DNA of 64,000 nucleotides from Planctomycetota bacterium. Its GTDB lineage: Bacteria; Planctomycetota; SZUA-567; H5-PLA8. Below, piece by piece: positions 26,096 to 35,823 of the stretch. Location: contig JBBRPR010000011.1 of NCBI GenBank assembly GCA_038227875.1, positions 32,001 to 96,000 of the forward strand. Direction: 5' to 3'. Numbering within the stretch: the first letter of the stretch is position 1; the number at the start of each line of letters is the position of its first letter. The translations under genes and the position numbers were made by a program. The notes beneath the pieces are model-generated. The model was not told the DNA's origin. It saw nothing but the letters and a program-made list of their open reading frames with translations, and ran no database searches.

Positions 26096-27442
26096 TTATC
26101 CGCGGCGGCCCTTGATGCGTCCACCGCCCTTGAGGAAGCCTTCGTAGCGCTCCATCAGCATGTGCGATTCGATGCGGTTGACCATGTCCAGCGCCACGCC
26201 GACGACGATCAACAATCCCGTACCACCGAAGAACTGCGAGATCGTATCGGTCACCGGCAGCGTGAAGCGAATCAACTGCGGCACCACGGCAATCACCGCG
26301 ATGAAGATGGCGCCCGCCAGCGTGATGCGGTTCATCACCGACTCAAGGTAGTCGCGAGTGTCGTTGCCCGGACGGATGCCCGGCACGAACATGCCGTACT
26401 GCTTGAAGTTTTCCGCGTGCTCCTTCGGGTCGAACAGCACGGCCGTGTAGAAGTACGAGAAGAAAATGATCAGCATCAGTTCGGCGCTGACGTACAGGAA
26501 TGAACCCATGACGGCGAACTGCATCATCTTCTGCCACCACAGCACCGGAATGCGGCTCATCACCATCGGGAGGATCATCAGCGACTGCGCGAAGATAATG
26601 GCGATCACGCCGCCGGCGTTCAGTTTGAGAGGCAGGAAGTGCTGCTGCTTGAAGCCCACGCCCGAGCGGCGGGAGGTCTGCATCGGGATGCGGCGTTCGG
26701 CTTCCGTCACGTAAACGACCGCGACCACCATCGCCACGAACAGGCCAATCAGCATCAGGATCTGGCTGGGACCAATCTTTGACGGGTCGGTCGAATCGAT
26801 CGCCGGATCGAACTGGCGGGCGATTTCCTGGATGGCGACCGGCAGACGCGAAACGATGTTGATCTGGATGATCAGCGAAATGCCGTTGCCCAGTCCGAAT
26901 TCGTCGATCTGTTCGCCCAGCCACATCAGGAACGTGGTGCCGGCCGTCAGGATGATCGCGGAGCTGAACAGGAAGCCGAATTCACTGCCGGCGACAACCA
27001 GCGGCATCGAACCCATCTTCTGATTTTTGAGGGTCGTACAGATGATTACGGCTTGAATCAGGCAGAGCACCACGGCCGAATAACGCGTCCACTGCATCAG
27101 CTTACGCTGACCGCTTTCGCCTTCCTTGGCCACCTTCTGCAGCGCCGGAACAATCGCACCGAGCAGCTGAAAAATAATCGAGGCTGAAATGTAGGGCATG
27201 ATGCCCAAAGCAAAGATGGATGCGTTTTTCAGGCCGCCGCCGGAAAACATGTCCAGGATGCCCAGGAAATCGCCCAAGCCCGTCCCGCGCGTGTTGCCGA
27301 TTGCGCCGGAAACCGCCGCCAGATTTACGCCTGGCAACGGAATGAAGACGCCAATGCGGGCCAAGACCAGCAGCCCGAGCGTCCACAGGGTCTTTTTGCG
27401 AAGTTCCGGGATCTTGGCTATGTTAGCAAATGCCGCAAACAT
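26096..27442 (-). CDS. secY: Preprotein translocase SecY
   Basis: SIFALGIMPYISASII, WLGEQI..G.GNGISLII, PGIRPG, FGGTGLLIVVGV. Confidence 0.98.
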   Translation of the reverse strand: MFAAFANIAKIPELRKKTLWTLGLLVLARIGVFIPLPGVNLAAVSGAIGNTRGTGLGDFLGILDMFSGGGLKNASIFALGIMPYISASIIFQLLGAIVPALQKVAKEGESGQRKLMQWTRYSAVVLCLIQAVIICTTLKNQKMGSMPLVVAGSEFGFLFSSAIILTAGTTFLMWLGEQIDEFGLGNGISLIIQINIVSRLPVAIQEIARQFDPAIDSTDPSKIGPSQILMLIGLFVAMVVAVVYVTEAERRIPMQTSRRSGVGFKQQHFLPLKLNAGGVIAIIFAQSLMILPMVMSRIPVLWWQKMMQFAVMGSFLYVSAELMLIIFFSYFYTAVLFDPKEHAENFKQYGMFVPGIRPGNDTRDYLESVMNRITLAGAIFIAVIAVVPQLIRFTLPVTDTISQFFGGTGLLIVVGVALDMVNRIESHMLMERYEGFLKGGGRIKGRRG

Positions 27443-27540
27443 GCCGAATCCTCGTTACGGGGGTAAAAACGGGCGGGTTCAACCCCGCCCCAATGCACAT
27501 GTACTTTAGGTAGTCTATCCGGCTTCTTCGGTACTGCAAC

Positions 27541-28173
27541 TTACTCCGCTTTCGGCGCATCCGGCTTGGGCTTCTTTGGTGCCGCCGGCTTGGCTTCGGC
27601 CGGAGCTGCACCTTCAGGAGCTGCGCCGCCTGCTGCGGGCTTCGCGGCCGGCTTTTCAGCCATCTGCTTGCGCTTCTTGTCCGCTTCGATCTGCTTGAAA
27701 TTCGGGGAAGGCTTCTTCGGCGCGCCACCGATCCATTCGATCTTGCCGCCGGCCTTTTCGATTTTCGCGATCGCGCTCTTGCTGAAACCGTCCGCGACGA
27801 CCGTCAACGACACGGCCAGTTCGCCATTGCCGAGAATCTTGAGCATGTCCAGCGCCGGTCCGCGCACCAAGCCGGCCTTGCGCAGTTCCACCACCGTCAC
27901 CTTCGTGCCTGCGGCGAATTCGCCCAGGTCGCCGACGTTGACCACCGAGAACTTCTCGCGGAACGGACCGTTCTTGAAACCGCGCTTGGGCAGGCGCCGG
28001 AACAGCGGCATCTGGCCGCCTTCGTAGGTCACCTTCATCGCGTAACCGGAGCGCGAGGTCGCACCCTTGATACCGCGGCCTGCCGTCTTGCCCAGTCCGC
28101 TTCCCGGACCGCGGCCGACGCGAACGCGCTTCTTGTTGGAGAGGTTCGCCCGGCGTGCTTCGTGGAGTTGCAT
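27541..28173 (-). CDS. rplO: 50S ribosomal protein uL15 (long Ala/Pro/Lys tail)
   Basis: RVGRGPGSGLGKTAGRG, EGGQMPLFRRLPKRGF, KILGNG. Confidence 0.98.
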   Translation of the reverse strand: MQLHEARRANLSNKKRVRVGRGPGSGLGKTAGRGIKGATSRSGYAMKVTYEGGQMPLFRRLPKRGFKNGPFREKFSVVNVGDLGEFAAGTKVTVVELRKAGLVRGPALDMLKILGNGELAVSLTVVADGFSKSAIAKIEKAGGKIEWIGGAPKKPSPNFKQIEADKKRKQMAEKPAAKPAAGGAAPEGAAPAEAKPAAPKKPKPDAPKAE

Positions 28174-28260
28174 GGTTTTTCCGCCCTAATCCTGGATTGC
28201 TTGATCTTCTGAAAGTGTTCGTTTTTAACCCGGTATTGAATTTAATACCGGATTCCGACG

Positions 28261-29001
28261 TTACGCCTTCTTGTCTTCGACCTTCACCGCTTCGGTCGCG
28301 CCCGAGGAGCCGGCTTCGCCGCCACCACTGCTGCTGCTTCCACCGCCGCCGCTGCCACCACGGCCGCCGCCGGGACCACCGCGTCCGCCACCACCACCCG
28401 GACCGCCGCGGCCACGTCCGCCATCGCGGGGACCACTGCGTTCGGGGCGTTCAAAGCGCGGGCGCTGGACCTGCACGGTCAGATTCGCGGCCAGCGCGAC
28501 GTCTGCCGGGATTTCCTTGCCGCGGAGCGCTGCGACGGTGTCGCGGCTGCGCAGCGTTTCCAAGCCGTTCTGAGCGGCCCGGACGAGATTCTTGGCGTTG
28601 TTCGAACCACCGACCGACTTGGTCAGCACGTCATGGACGCCGATGCATTCCAACACCGCGCGCACAGCCGAACCGGCGATGACGCCAGTACCGGGCAGCG
28701 CCGGGATCATCACGACCTGCGAGGCGCCGTAGCGGCCGCGGACTTCGTGGGGAATCGTCGAGCCGAACGTCGGGATGCGGACCAGGTGCTTCTTGGCATC
28801 CTTGACGGCCTTCTCAATCGCGTTGGGAACTTCACGGGCCTTGCCGTACCCGATGCCCATGACGCCCGCGCCGTTGCCGACGACCGACATCACCGCGAAC
28901 GAAAAGCGTTTGCCGCCCTTGACCACCGTGGCGCAGCGCCAGATGTCAATGACACGCTCTTCGAGATTCAGACCGTCCGGTTCAATCCGTTCCGTTGCCA
29001 C
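28261..29001 (-). CDS. rpsE: 30S ribosomal protein uS5 (RGG-rich tail)
   Basis: [26 protein letters not shown]. Confidence 0.98.
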   Translation of the reverse strand: MATERIEPDGLNLEERVIDIWRCATVVKGGKRFSFAVMSVVGNGAGVMGIGYGKAREVPNAIEKAVKDAKKHLVRIPTFGSTIPHEVRGRYGASQVVMIPALPGTGVIAGSAVRAVLECIGVHDVLTKSVGGSNNAKNLVRAAQNGLETLRSRDTVAALRGKEIPADVALAANLTVQVQRPRFERPERSGPRDGGRGRGGPGGGGGRGGPGGGRGGSGGGGSSSSGGGEAGSSGATEAVKVEDKKA

Positions 29002-29080
29002 TTAGATCTTCTCCCAAGCCCGTTCCGTTCACTGTTCGCCGTGCAATTCAAAACTAAAAATTCAAAACTCACACTTACTC

Positions 29081-29443
29081 TTAGAACTTCAGTCCGCCTT
29101 CGCGCGCGCCTTCGGCCAGTTCCTTGATGCGGCCGTGGTACAGGTAACCGCCGCGGTCGAACACCACTTTCGAAACGCTCTTGTCCTTGGCCTTCTGAGC
29201 AATCAGCTTGCCGACGGCCCGTGCGGCTGCCTTGTTGGCGCCGTGCTTCAGGCTATCGAGCTCTTTGCTCAGGCTGGACGCGGATGCAAGGGTGTGGCCC
29301 TTCACGTCGTCGATGATCTGCGCGTAAATGTGCTTCGAGCTGCGGAAGACATTCAGGCGCGGGCGTTCGGTCGTGCCCGTCACCGCTTTGCGCACGCGGA
29401 CGTGTTTGCGTTCGCGCCGTTCGGTTCGTGTTACCTTGCTCAT
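29081..29443 (-). CDS. rplR: 50S ribosomal protein uL18
   Basis: [27 protein letters not shown]. Confidence 0.98.
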   Translation of the reverse strand: MSKVTRTERRERKHVRVRKAVTGTTERPRLNVFRSSKHIYAQIIDDVKGHTLASASSLSKELDSLKHGANKAAARAVGKLIAQKAKDKSVSKVVFDRGGYLYHGRIKELAEGAREGGLKF

Positions 29444-29554
29444 GTCCCGTCCACCTTTCTGTTCGCGCTTTCGCGCTCCAGTTGTCCTGCTTGTCCTCTC
29501 CGCGTTCAGGCTGCCGGTCTCGCCCGGCTTGAGCCCGCGAAGAGTGTTGCTTGA

Positions 29555-30115
29555 TTACGCTCCGGCCGCGGCGACCGTCTTGCCCGGCAGCTTGCGGACC
29601 ACTTCGCCCTTGTAGCGCACGCCTTTGCCCTTGTAGACGTCCGGCTTGCGGATCAGGCGGATGGACGCAGCGACCTGGCCGACGAGCTGCTTGTCGATGC
29701 CGCTGATGTTGATTTCAGTCGGCGTCGGCACTTCAACCTTCACGCCATCGGGAATGAGGTAGACTTCCGGAATCTTGGTGTTGTAACCGACGAAGAGATT
29801 GAGCTTCTTGCCGGCCACCTGGGCGCGATAACCGACGCCCTGAATCTCCAGCGACTTGGCATAGCCCTTGGTCACGCCTTCGATCATGTTGGCGATCAAC
29901 GCGCGGTAGAGGCCATGCTTGGCGCGGTCGGCGCGCAGCTCGGAATCCCGCAGCACGCGCACTTCCTTCGCCGCGTCGTCGACTTCGACGCTGATGGCGC
30001 CCTGCAGCTCCTGCGTCAAGGTGCCCTTGGGGCCCTTGACCGAGACCGCTCTGCCCGCCACCTTCACTTCAACGCCGGCGGGGATGACCACAGGTTTCTT
30101 GCCGATTCGTGACAT
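29555..30115 (-). CDS. rplF: 50S ribosomal protein uL6
   Basis: MSRIGKKP, VKGPKGTL, PDVYKGKGVRY. Confidence 0.98.
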   Translation of the reverse strand: MSRIGKKPVVIPAGVEVKVAGRAVSVKGPKGTLTQELQGAISVEVDDAAKEVRVLRDSELRADRAKHGLYRALIANMIEGVTKGYAKSLEIQGVGYRAQVAGKKLNLFVGYNTKIPEVYLIPDGVKVEVPTPTEINISGIDKQLVGQVAASIRLIRKPDVYKGKGVRYKGEVVRKLPGKTVAAAGA

Positions 30116-30229
30116 TGCTTAAACTCCGCTCTCGTAACTCTGCTCTTCGTTTTGCGTCCGCCAGTTTCGCCAGTTCCATTCCGCTCACGGCGCGGAACGT
30201 CAGACAACTGCGTGGCCCGGAAGCAGTCT

Positions 30230-30637
30230 TTAGTACACTCGGACCAGCACTTCGCCGCCCACGTTGGCTTCCTTGGCTTCGCGGTCGGAGAGCACGCCCT
30301 TGGACGTGGTCAGGACCAGGCAGCCCAGTCCGCGCAGCACGGGCTTCAACTCCGTCTTCTGCGAATAGACGCGGCAACCCGGAGAACTGACGCGTTCGAT
30401 CAGGTTGATCACCTGCTCGCCCGAACGTCCGTACTTCAGGAAGATCTTGACGTCGTTCTGCGCCGGAGTCTTCGGATTCTTAGCAATCTCGAAGTCCTTG
30501 ATGAAGCCTTCACGCTTCAACGCTTCGGAGATCGAAATCACGATCTTCGAACTGCGTACGGCCACCGTCTCGCGGCGCAGATGCACTGCGTTGCGGATAC
30601 GGGTCAGCATGTCGGCGATGGGATCTGTAACTGGCAT
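30230..30637 (-). CDS. rpsH: 30S ribosomal protein uS8
   Basis: TDPIADMLTRIRNA, SSPGCRVY, TSKGV, GGEVL. Confidence 0.98.
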   Translation of the reverse strand: MPVTDPIADMLTRIRNAVHLRRETVAVRSSKIVISISEALKREGFIKDFEIAKNPKTPAQNDVKIFLKYGRSGEQVINLIERVSSPGCRVYSQKTELKPVLRGLGCLVLTTSKGVLSDREAKEANVGGEVLVRVY

Positions 30638-30710
30638 GGTCGTCCTCGAACGAAAGTTTTTTGTTCCTGTGGCTGGCGAGTGGCTTAGCAAAGCCTCCCG
30701 CTAAGACTCT

Positions 30711-30896
30711 TTACCAGCTCGACTTCTTCATTCCCGGAATTTCTCCCTTGTGCGCCAACAGTCGCAGGCACAAGCGGCAGATCTTGAACTTCCGGTAGTA
30801 GGCGCGCGAACGCCCGCACAACTCGCAGCGGTTGTACTTCTGCGTCGAATACTTCGGTTCCTTCTTGCACTTGGCTTTCCAGCGGATACTGGCCAT
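30711..30896 (-). CDS. rpsN: 30S ribosomal protein uS14 (Zn-binding, type Z)
   Basis: NRCELCGR...[16 protein letters not shown]. Confidence 0.97.
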   Translation of the reverse strand: MASIRWKAKCKKEPKYSTQKYNRCELCGRSRAYYRKFKICRLCLRLLAHKGEIPGMKKSSW

Positions 30897-30978
30897 CGTT
30901 CTCTCCTGAAGTACTGACTAACCCCGCTTACCCGTACTGACCTCTTTACTCGTCTTGCAGCTCTTGACTTTCTTACGA

Positions 30979-31680
30979 CTAGTGATCGCGGAACGGGCAG
31001 CCCAGGGCCTTCAGCAGCTCGCGGGCGTGTTCGTCCTTCTTGGCCGTCGTGCAGATGGTGATGTCCATGCCGTGCACCACGTCAATCTTGTCCGCTTCGA
31101 TTTCCGGGAACACGGACTGTTCCTGGAGACCCAGCGAGTAGTTGCCGCGGCCGTCGAACGCGCGCGGAGTAATGCCGCGGAAGTCGCGTACGCGGGGCAG
31201 AGCCACGTTGAACAGGCGGTCCAGGAATTCGTACATCTTCGGTCCGCGCAGCGTAACGCGGCAACCGATCGCCATGTTTTCGCGCAGCTTGAAATTCGAG
31301 ACCGACTTGCGGGACATCGTCACCACGGCGCGCTGGCCGGCGATCTGCGTCATGTCGGCGACGCACTGCTCGCCCACCTTCGGGTTGTTGTCCGTCGCAG
31401 CCTTGCCGTAGCCCATGTTCAAGCAGACCTTGGTTACCTTCGGCACGGCGAACTTGTTCTTGAGCTTGAACTTTTCCTGCAGCGAAGGAACCACTTCCTT
31501 CTCGTACTTTTCGCGCAGACGAAGGGTCTTGGGCGCTACCTGCTCGCCGCCGGCGACGACCTTCTTTTCCTTGGCCTTCTTCTCAGGCTTGGGCTGATTG
31601 GGACCCGCCCCGCCCTTTTCGGCCTTTTCGCCACCCTTGGGCTTCTTGTCCTGTTCTTTATCGTCTTTTTTGTCAGCCAT
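30979..31680 (-). CDS. rplE: 50S ribosomal protein uL5 (~50 aa N-terminal extension)
   Basis: [36 protein letters not shown]. Confidence 0.98.
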   Translation of the reverse strand: MADKKDDKEQDKKPKGGEKAEKGGAGPNQPKPEKKAKEKKVVAGGEQVAPKTLRLREKYEKEVVPSLQEKFKLKNKFAVPKVTKVCLNMGYGKAATDNNPKVGEQCVADMTQIAGQRAVVTMSRKSVSNFKLRENMAIGCRVTLRGPKMYEFLDRLFNVALPRVRDFRGITPRAFDGRGNYSLGLQEQSVFPEIEADKIDVVHGMDITICTTAKKDEHARELLKALGCPFRDH

Positions 31681-31759
31681 GATTCGTCTGCTCTTTAATC
31701 TGTGTCCACTTTTCCGTTCGAGTCCAGGTCAGCCCGGAACCCCTCTTCGTCTCGCAGTC

Positions 31760-32098
31760 TTACTTGGCGCCGAATTCCCGCTTCGGGGCCTTTTCCACGA
31801 TCTCGAGGTTCGAGACGTGAACCGGGCGCTTGACGATCTTCAGTCCGCCGGCTTCGCCGGTCTTCGGATTGTAGCGCGCCGTCTTCCACTGCTCGACGCC
31901 CTTGAGCGGCGTCTGGCGTTCGCCCTTCTTTTCCTTCTTCGCCGGGCGGGGCATGTCGACCAGCGCGCGGCCGGTGATGCGGTCCACCTTCAGGACCGTG
32001 CCCACCAGCGGCTTCTTGGTCGCTTCGTCGATGAACCGGGCCGCTTCGCCGCGCACCACGATCACCTTGTCGCCCTTGCAGATCTTCGTCTTAATCAT
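31760..32098 (-). CDS. rplX: 50S ribosomal protein uL24 (divergent)
   Basis: Position between rplN and rplE; KGDKVIVVRG, GG...PVHVSNL. Confidence 0.9.
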   Translation of the reverse strand: MIKTKICKGDKVIVVRGEAARFIDEATKKPLVGTVLKVDRITGRALVDMPRPAKKEKKGERQTPLKGVEQWKTARYNPKTGEAGGLKIVKRPVHVSNLEIVEKAPKREFGAK

Positions 32099-32151
32099 GC
32101 CAACCTCTTATGTGCCAGTCGTTCGTTGATGTCCGCTTTTGTCCGCTTACT

Positions 32152-32541
32152 TCAGACCACTTCGGCGGCCAGTGAGACAATCTTCATGAAACCCTTCGAG
32201 CGCAGTTCGCGAGCCACCGGTCCGAAGATGCGCGTGCCGCGCGGTTCTTTTTCCGGCGTGATCAACACGATCGCGTTGTTGTCGAAGCGCACCGACGATC
32301 CGTCAGCCCGCTTGACCGCCTTGCGCGTGCGCACCACGACTCCGCGCACAACCAGCTTCTTCTTGTCCTTCTTGCTGGTGGTCATGAACTCGCTGCCCGG
32401 CTGCACCTTCTTGACGGCCGCGACAATGATGTCACCGACCGAGGCGTAGCGACGGTGCGTCCCACCCAGCACCTTGATGCACATCGCGGTTCGAGCGCCG
32501 GTGTTGTCGGCGACTACCAGCATGGTGTGATGTTGAATCAT
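32152..32541 (-). CDS. rplN: 50S ribosomal protein uL14
   Basis: [26 protein letters not shown]. Confidence 0.98.
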   Translation of the reverse strand: MIQHHTMLVVADNTGARTAMCIKVLGGTHRRYASVGDIIVAAVKKVQPGSEFMTTSKKDKKKLVVRGVVVRTRKAVKRADGSSVRFDNNAIVLITPEKEPRGTRIFGPVARELRSKGFMKIVSLAAEVV

Positions 32542-32612
32542 CTCTCGTTATCCGTCCCTTCAGCGACTGCTACCGTTATCCAGATCAAGAAAATTAGTTC
32601 GCAAACAGCTCT

Positions 32613-33020
32613 TTAGGCCTTGGCTTCCGGCGTGGTGCTTTCCGGAGCGGCCGGCGCGGCGGCGGAAACCTGCTTCTTCTGCGCCACGTCCACTTCCTTG
32701 ATGTCCAGCGTGCCGAACACGGCGGCGCGTTCCACCACCTTCACCAACCGCCAGCGCTTCTGCTTGGAGATCGGGCGGGTTTCGACCAGCGATACGCGGT
32801 CGCCCTTCTTGGCTTCGTTCTTTTCGTCATGGGCATGCAGGTGCGTGGAGCGGAAAATGTACTTTCCGTAGCGCGCGTGCTTCACCAGGCGCTTGATTTC
32901 GACAGTGATCGTCTTCTGACGCACGTCGCTCAAGACAATTCCCTCGACGACACGGCGGTCGCCTCGTCCGGTTTCGGATTCCGTCTTTGCCGTGCCTGCC
33001 GCCGCTGTCTCACTGGCCAT
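32613..33020 (-). CDS. rpsQ: 30S ribosomal protein uS17 (extended both ends)
   Basis: KTITV, HAHDEKN, ETRPISKQKRWRL. Confidence 0.97.
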   Translation of the reverse strand: MASETAAAGTAKTESETGRGDRRVVEGIVLSDVRQKTITVEIKRLVKHARYGKYIFRSTHLHAHDEKNEAKKGDRVSLVETRPISKQKRWRLVKVVERAAVFGTLDIKEVDVAQKKQVSAAAPAAPESTTPEAKA

Positions 33021-33111
33021 GCCTGTTCCTCACTCTTCGAAAGGTCCGTTAAACACACTTCAGTCCTGCAAAATCGTTCGGTACTGCCACTGCTAATTCT
33101 GGTTAGCGCGC

Positions 33112-33588
33112 TTAGCGCGACTGGCCGACGTCCTGGCGATCAAGGCACGCGCGGCGGCGCTTGGCTTCCGCCAGGCGAATCGCGTTGCGGTCGGGAGCGG
33201 TGGCTTCACCGCGGATGCGGATCTTGGCGCGCTTGAGCATCGGCTTGACCTTGCGGCTGCCGACCGGCTTTTCCAGCTGAGCCTTGATCTCGGCGGCGCG
33301 GGTGTCGACCAGCTTCACCAATTTGGCGAATTCCGGCTTGGCGCCTTCGGCCTTCGGCGTCAGTGCGGCGACCTTCGCGTCCAGAATCGTGCGCAGCGAC
33401 CGTTCGCGCAGAATCGACTGGATGCGCGCGATCAGGCGTTTGCCGGCGCGCTTTTCGTGCGCCTTGATGGCTTCGCCCGATGCGCCCTTGACCACGCCGT
33501 CGAACAGGCGCTTCTTTTCCAGCATCATCTGGTCCTGCAGTTCCTGATTGGTCTTTTCGCGCAGCGTCTTTGCGTTAATCACGGCCAT
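33112..33588 (-). CDS. rpmC: 50S ribosomal protein uL29 with ~94 aa C-terminal extension
   Basis: Position between rplP and rpsQ; N-terminal AKTLREK..EL...KRLF...KRLIARIQSILRER. Confidence 0.88.
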   Translation of the reverse strand: MAVINAKTLREKTNQELQDQMMLEKKRLFDGVVKGASGEAIKAHEKRAGKRLIARIQSILRERSLRTILDAKVAALTPKAEGAKPEFAKLVKLVDTRAAEIKAQLEKPVGSRKVKPMLKRAKIRIRGEATAPDRNAIRLAEAKRRRACLDRQDVGQSR

Positions 33589-33642
33589 GACTCTATCGTG
33601 CTCCTAGCTTCGTGCTCTTTTTTCTGTCGCACTGCTTTGTGT

Positions 33643-34062
33643 TTAGAATTCCTGGCGGCGCTTCAAAAAGCGCATGCGGAACGGCATCTTGCCCGACTGC
33701 AGGCGGAACGCTTCGCGCGCCGCGGCTTCCGGAACACCGGAGACTTCAAAGAGCACCATGCCGGGCTTGACGACGACGGCCCAGTACTCGATTTCGCCCT
33801 TGCCCTTACCCATGCGGGTTTCGGCGGCGATCGCGGTCACCGACTTGTGCGGGAACACCCGGCACCAGTAGCGGCCTTCCGTACCGATGAAGCGGGAAAG
33901 CACCACGCGCGCGGCTTCCAACTGCTGCGCACTCAGCCACCCCGGCTGCATCGCCTGGATTCCGTAGTCACCGAACGCCACATAGTTGCCGGCCGTCGCG
34001 TTACCGCGAATGCGTCCGCGCTGGCTCTTGCGGTGCTTGACTCGTTTGGGCATTAACGCCAT
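33643..34062 (-). CDS. rplP: 50S ribosomal protein uL16
   Basis: MPKRVKHRKSQRGR, ETRMGKGKG. Confidence 0.98.
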   Translation of the reverse strand: MALMPKRVKHRKSQRGRIRGNATAGNYVAFGDYGIQAMQPGWLSAQQLEAARVVLSRFIGTEGRYWCRVFPHKSVTAIAAETRMGKGKGEIEYWAVVVKPGMVLFEVSGVPEAAAREAFRLQSGKMPFRMRFLKRRQEF

Positions 34063-34135
34063 GGAACTATGTCCTCACTCAATCTTCGGGTCTACTGCTT
34101 CACACTTCTAGTACGGCTTACGCCATCAGTCCGGC

Positions 34136-34807
34136 TTACTCGGCGGCCTGAGCCATCTCGATCTTTTCCTTCTGGATCTTGCCCTTGTAGATCCACACCT
34201 TCACGCCGATCACGCCGTAGTTCGTGGCAGCTTCGCCCAAACCGTATTCGACGTCGGCCGTCAGGGTATGGAGCGGGAGCGAGCCGACCATGTACGATTC
34301 GCTGCGGGCGATTTCCGCGCCGCCCAATCGACCGGCCACGATCACCTTCACGCCCAGCGCGCCCTGCTGAATGCTGGCTTCGACGGCCTTTTTCATCGCG
34401 CGGCGGAACGAGGCGCGCTTGAGCAACTGCTCGGCGATGCCATCGGCCACCAGCTGCGCGTCCAGTTCCGGCTTGGTGATTTCACGGATGTTCACCTGGA
34501 CCTTCTTGCCCGATCCGTCCTTCGAGAACTTCTGGAGCTCTTCGCGGATCTTGTCGATTTCCGCGCCCTTCTTGCCGATCACCACGCCCGGGCGCGATGT
34601 GAACAGAAATACGCGCGTCTCGTCGCCGGTGCGTTCAATTTCAATCTTGCTCAGGCCGGCCTGCTTGAGGCGCGACTTGATGAACTTCTTGATCTTCTGG
34701 TCTTCGACCAGATAGTTGCCAAAGTCCTTTTTGCGCGCGTACCAGCGCGACACCCACGGACGCGTGATGCCGACTCGAAATCCGTATGGATGAACTTTTT
34801 GACCCAC
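34136..34807 (-). CDS. rpsC: 30S ribosomal protein uS3
   Basis: MGQKVHPYGFRVG, RPGVVIGKKG, GRLGGAEIAR, YGVIGVKVWI. Confidence 0.98.
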   Translation of the reverse strand: MGQKVHPYGFRVGITRPWVSRWYARKKDFGNYLVEDQKIKKFIKSRLKQAGLSKIEIERTGDETRVFLFTSRPGVVIGKKGAEIDKIREELQKFSKDGSGKKVQVNIREITKPELDAQLVADGIAEQLLKRASFRRAMKKAVEASIQQGALGVKVIVAGRLGGAEIARSESYMVGSLPLHTLTADVEYGLGEAATNYGVIGVKVWIYKGKIQKEKIEMAQAAE

Positions 34808-34885
34808 TGTTTAGCTCCTGGCTCGTTCGAGACGCGTGTTTCGGGTCGCCCCGGGTTCACGCCGTCTCTGCATTCCAATGTTGAA

Positions 34886-35386
34886 CTATGCCGCCTTTTC
34901 CTTCTTACCCTTCTTGCCCTTCTTGCTGTCCTTCGCGTCTTCAGCCTGGCGCGGTCCGAGGACCACCGTGATGTGCGCCATGCGGCGCAGGATCGGGCGG
35001 GCACGGCCGCGGTCACCGGCGAGGAAGCGCTTCAAGCGCGGGCCTTCGTCGGCATACACTTCGGCGACAAACAAATCGTTGGCGTCGGCTTCGCCTTCAC
35101 TCTTCGAATCGGCGTTGCCCAGCGCGCTCAAGAGCACGCGGTCAAGGTAGTACGCGGCGCGCTTGCTGGAGTAGCGCAGGATTTCGCGCGCACGTTCCAC
35201 GTTCTGGCCACGGATCTGATCGACCACCAGCCGCACCTTCTGGGGCGCGATGCGGATGTTGCGCAGCGACGCGCCATAGAAGCCGTCGGGATAGACCAGC
35301 TTGCTGGTCGGTGCGTTCTCGGCGCCGCTGTGCTTGCGCTCGATACGGCCCTGGCTCTTGACCTTACTGCGATGAATCTTTGACAT
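34886..35386 (-). CDS. rplV: 50S ribosomal protein uL22 (N- and C-terminal extensions)
   Basis: RIAPQKVRLVVDQIRG, SALGNA, DEGPRLKR..RGRA..HITVV; ATG 35386. Confidence 0.95.
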   Translation of the reverse strand: MSKIHRSKVKSQGRIERKHSGAENAPTSKLVYPDGFYGASLRNIRIAPQKVRLVVDQIRGQNVERAREILRYSSKRAAYYLDRVLLSALGNADSKSEGEADANDLFVAEVYADEGPRLKRFLAGDRGRARPILRRMAHITVVLGPRQAEDAKDSKKGKKGKKEKAA

Positions 35387-35468
35387 GATCTTTCTTTCAC
35401 TCCACCTCAAACTGAAAAACCGATCGCGAACCCGAGTCCGGCCGAACTTACATACTGCTGGCGCGTCG

Positions 35469-35786
35469 TTACTTCTTGTCCGCCGCCGGAGCAGCCGGCG
35501 AGGCCGCAGGAGGCTTGGCTCCGCCACCCGCACCCGAATGCCCGCGGAAGACGCGCGACGGCGAGAACTCACCGAGCTTGTGTCCCACGAAGTCTTCGGT
35601 CACGTACACCTTGATGTGCTGCTTGCCGTTGTGGACCATGAAGGTGTGACCCACGAAGTCCGGCAGAATCGTGCAGGCGCGTGCCCACGTCTTGATCGGG
35701 TCGCGAGCGCCCGACAGCTTCTGCTTGGCAACCTTCTGCGCAAGCTTCTCATCGACGTAGGGACCCTTCTTCATCGAACGTGACAT
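35469..35786 (-). CDS. rpsS: 30S ribosomal protein uS19
   Basis: [30 protein letters not shown]. Confidence 0.98.
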   Translation of the reverse strand: MSRSMKKGPYVDEKLAQKVAKQKLSGARDPIKTWARACTILPDFVGHTFMVHNGKQHIKVYVTEDFVGHKLGEFSPSRVFRGHSGAGGGAKPPAASPAAPAADKK

Positions 35787-35823
35787 TGTTTACGGCTCCT
35801 GGCTCTTTAAGCTGCCACTACAA

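Noticed and set aside
35387..35572. 62-aa N-terminal extension of rplV in the ORF track
   Set aside because: Overlaps rpsS; the ATG at 35386 is the more plausible start
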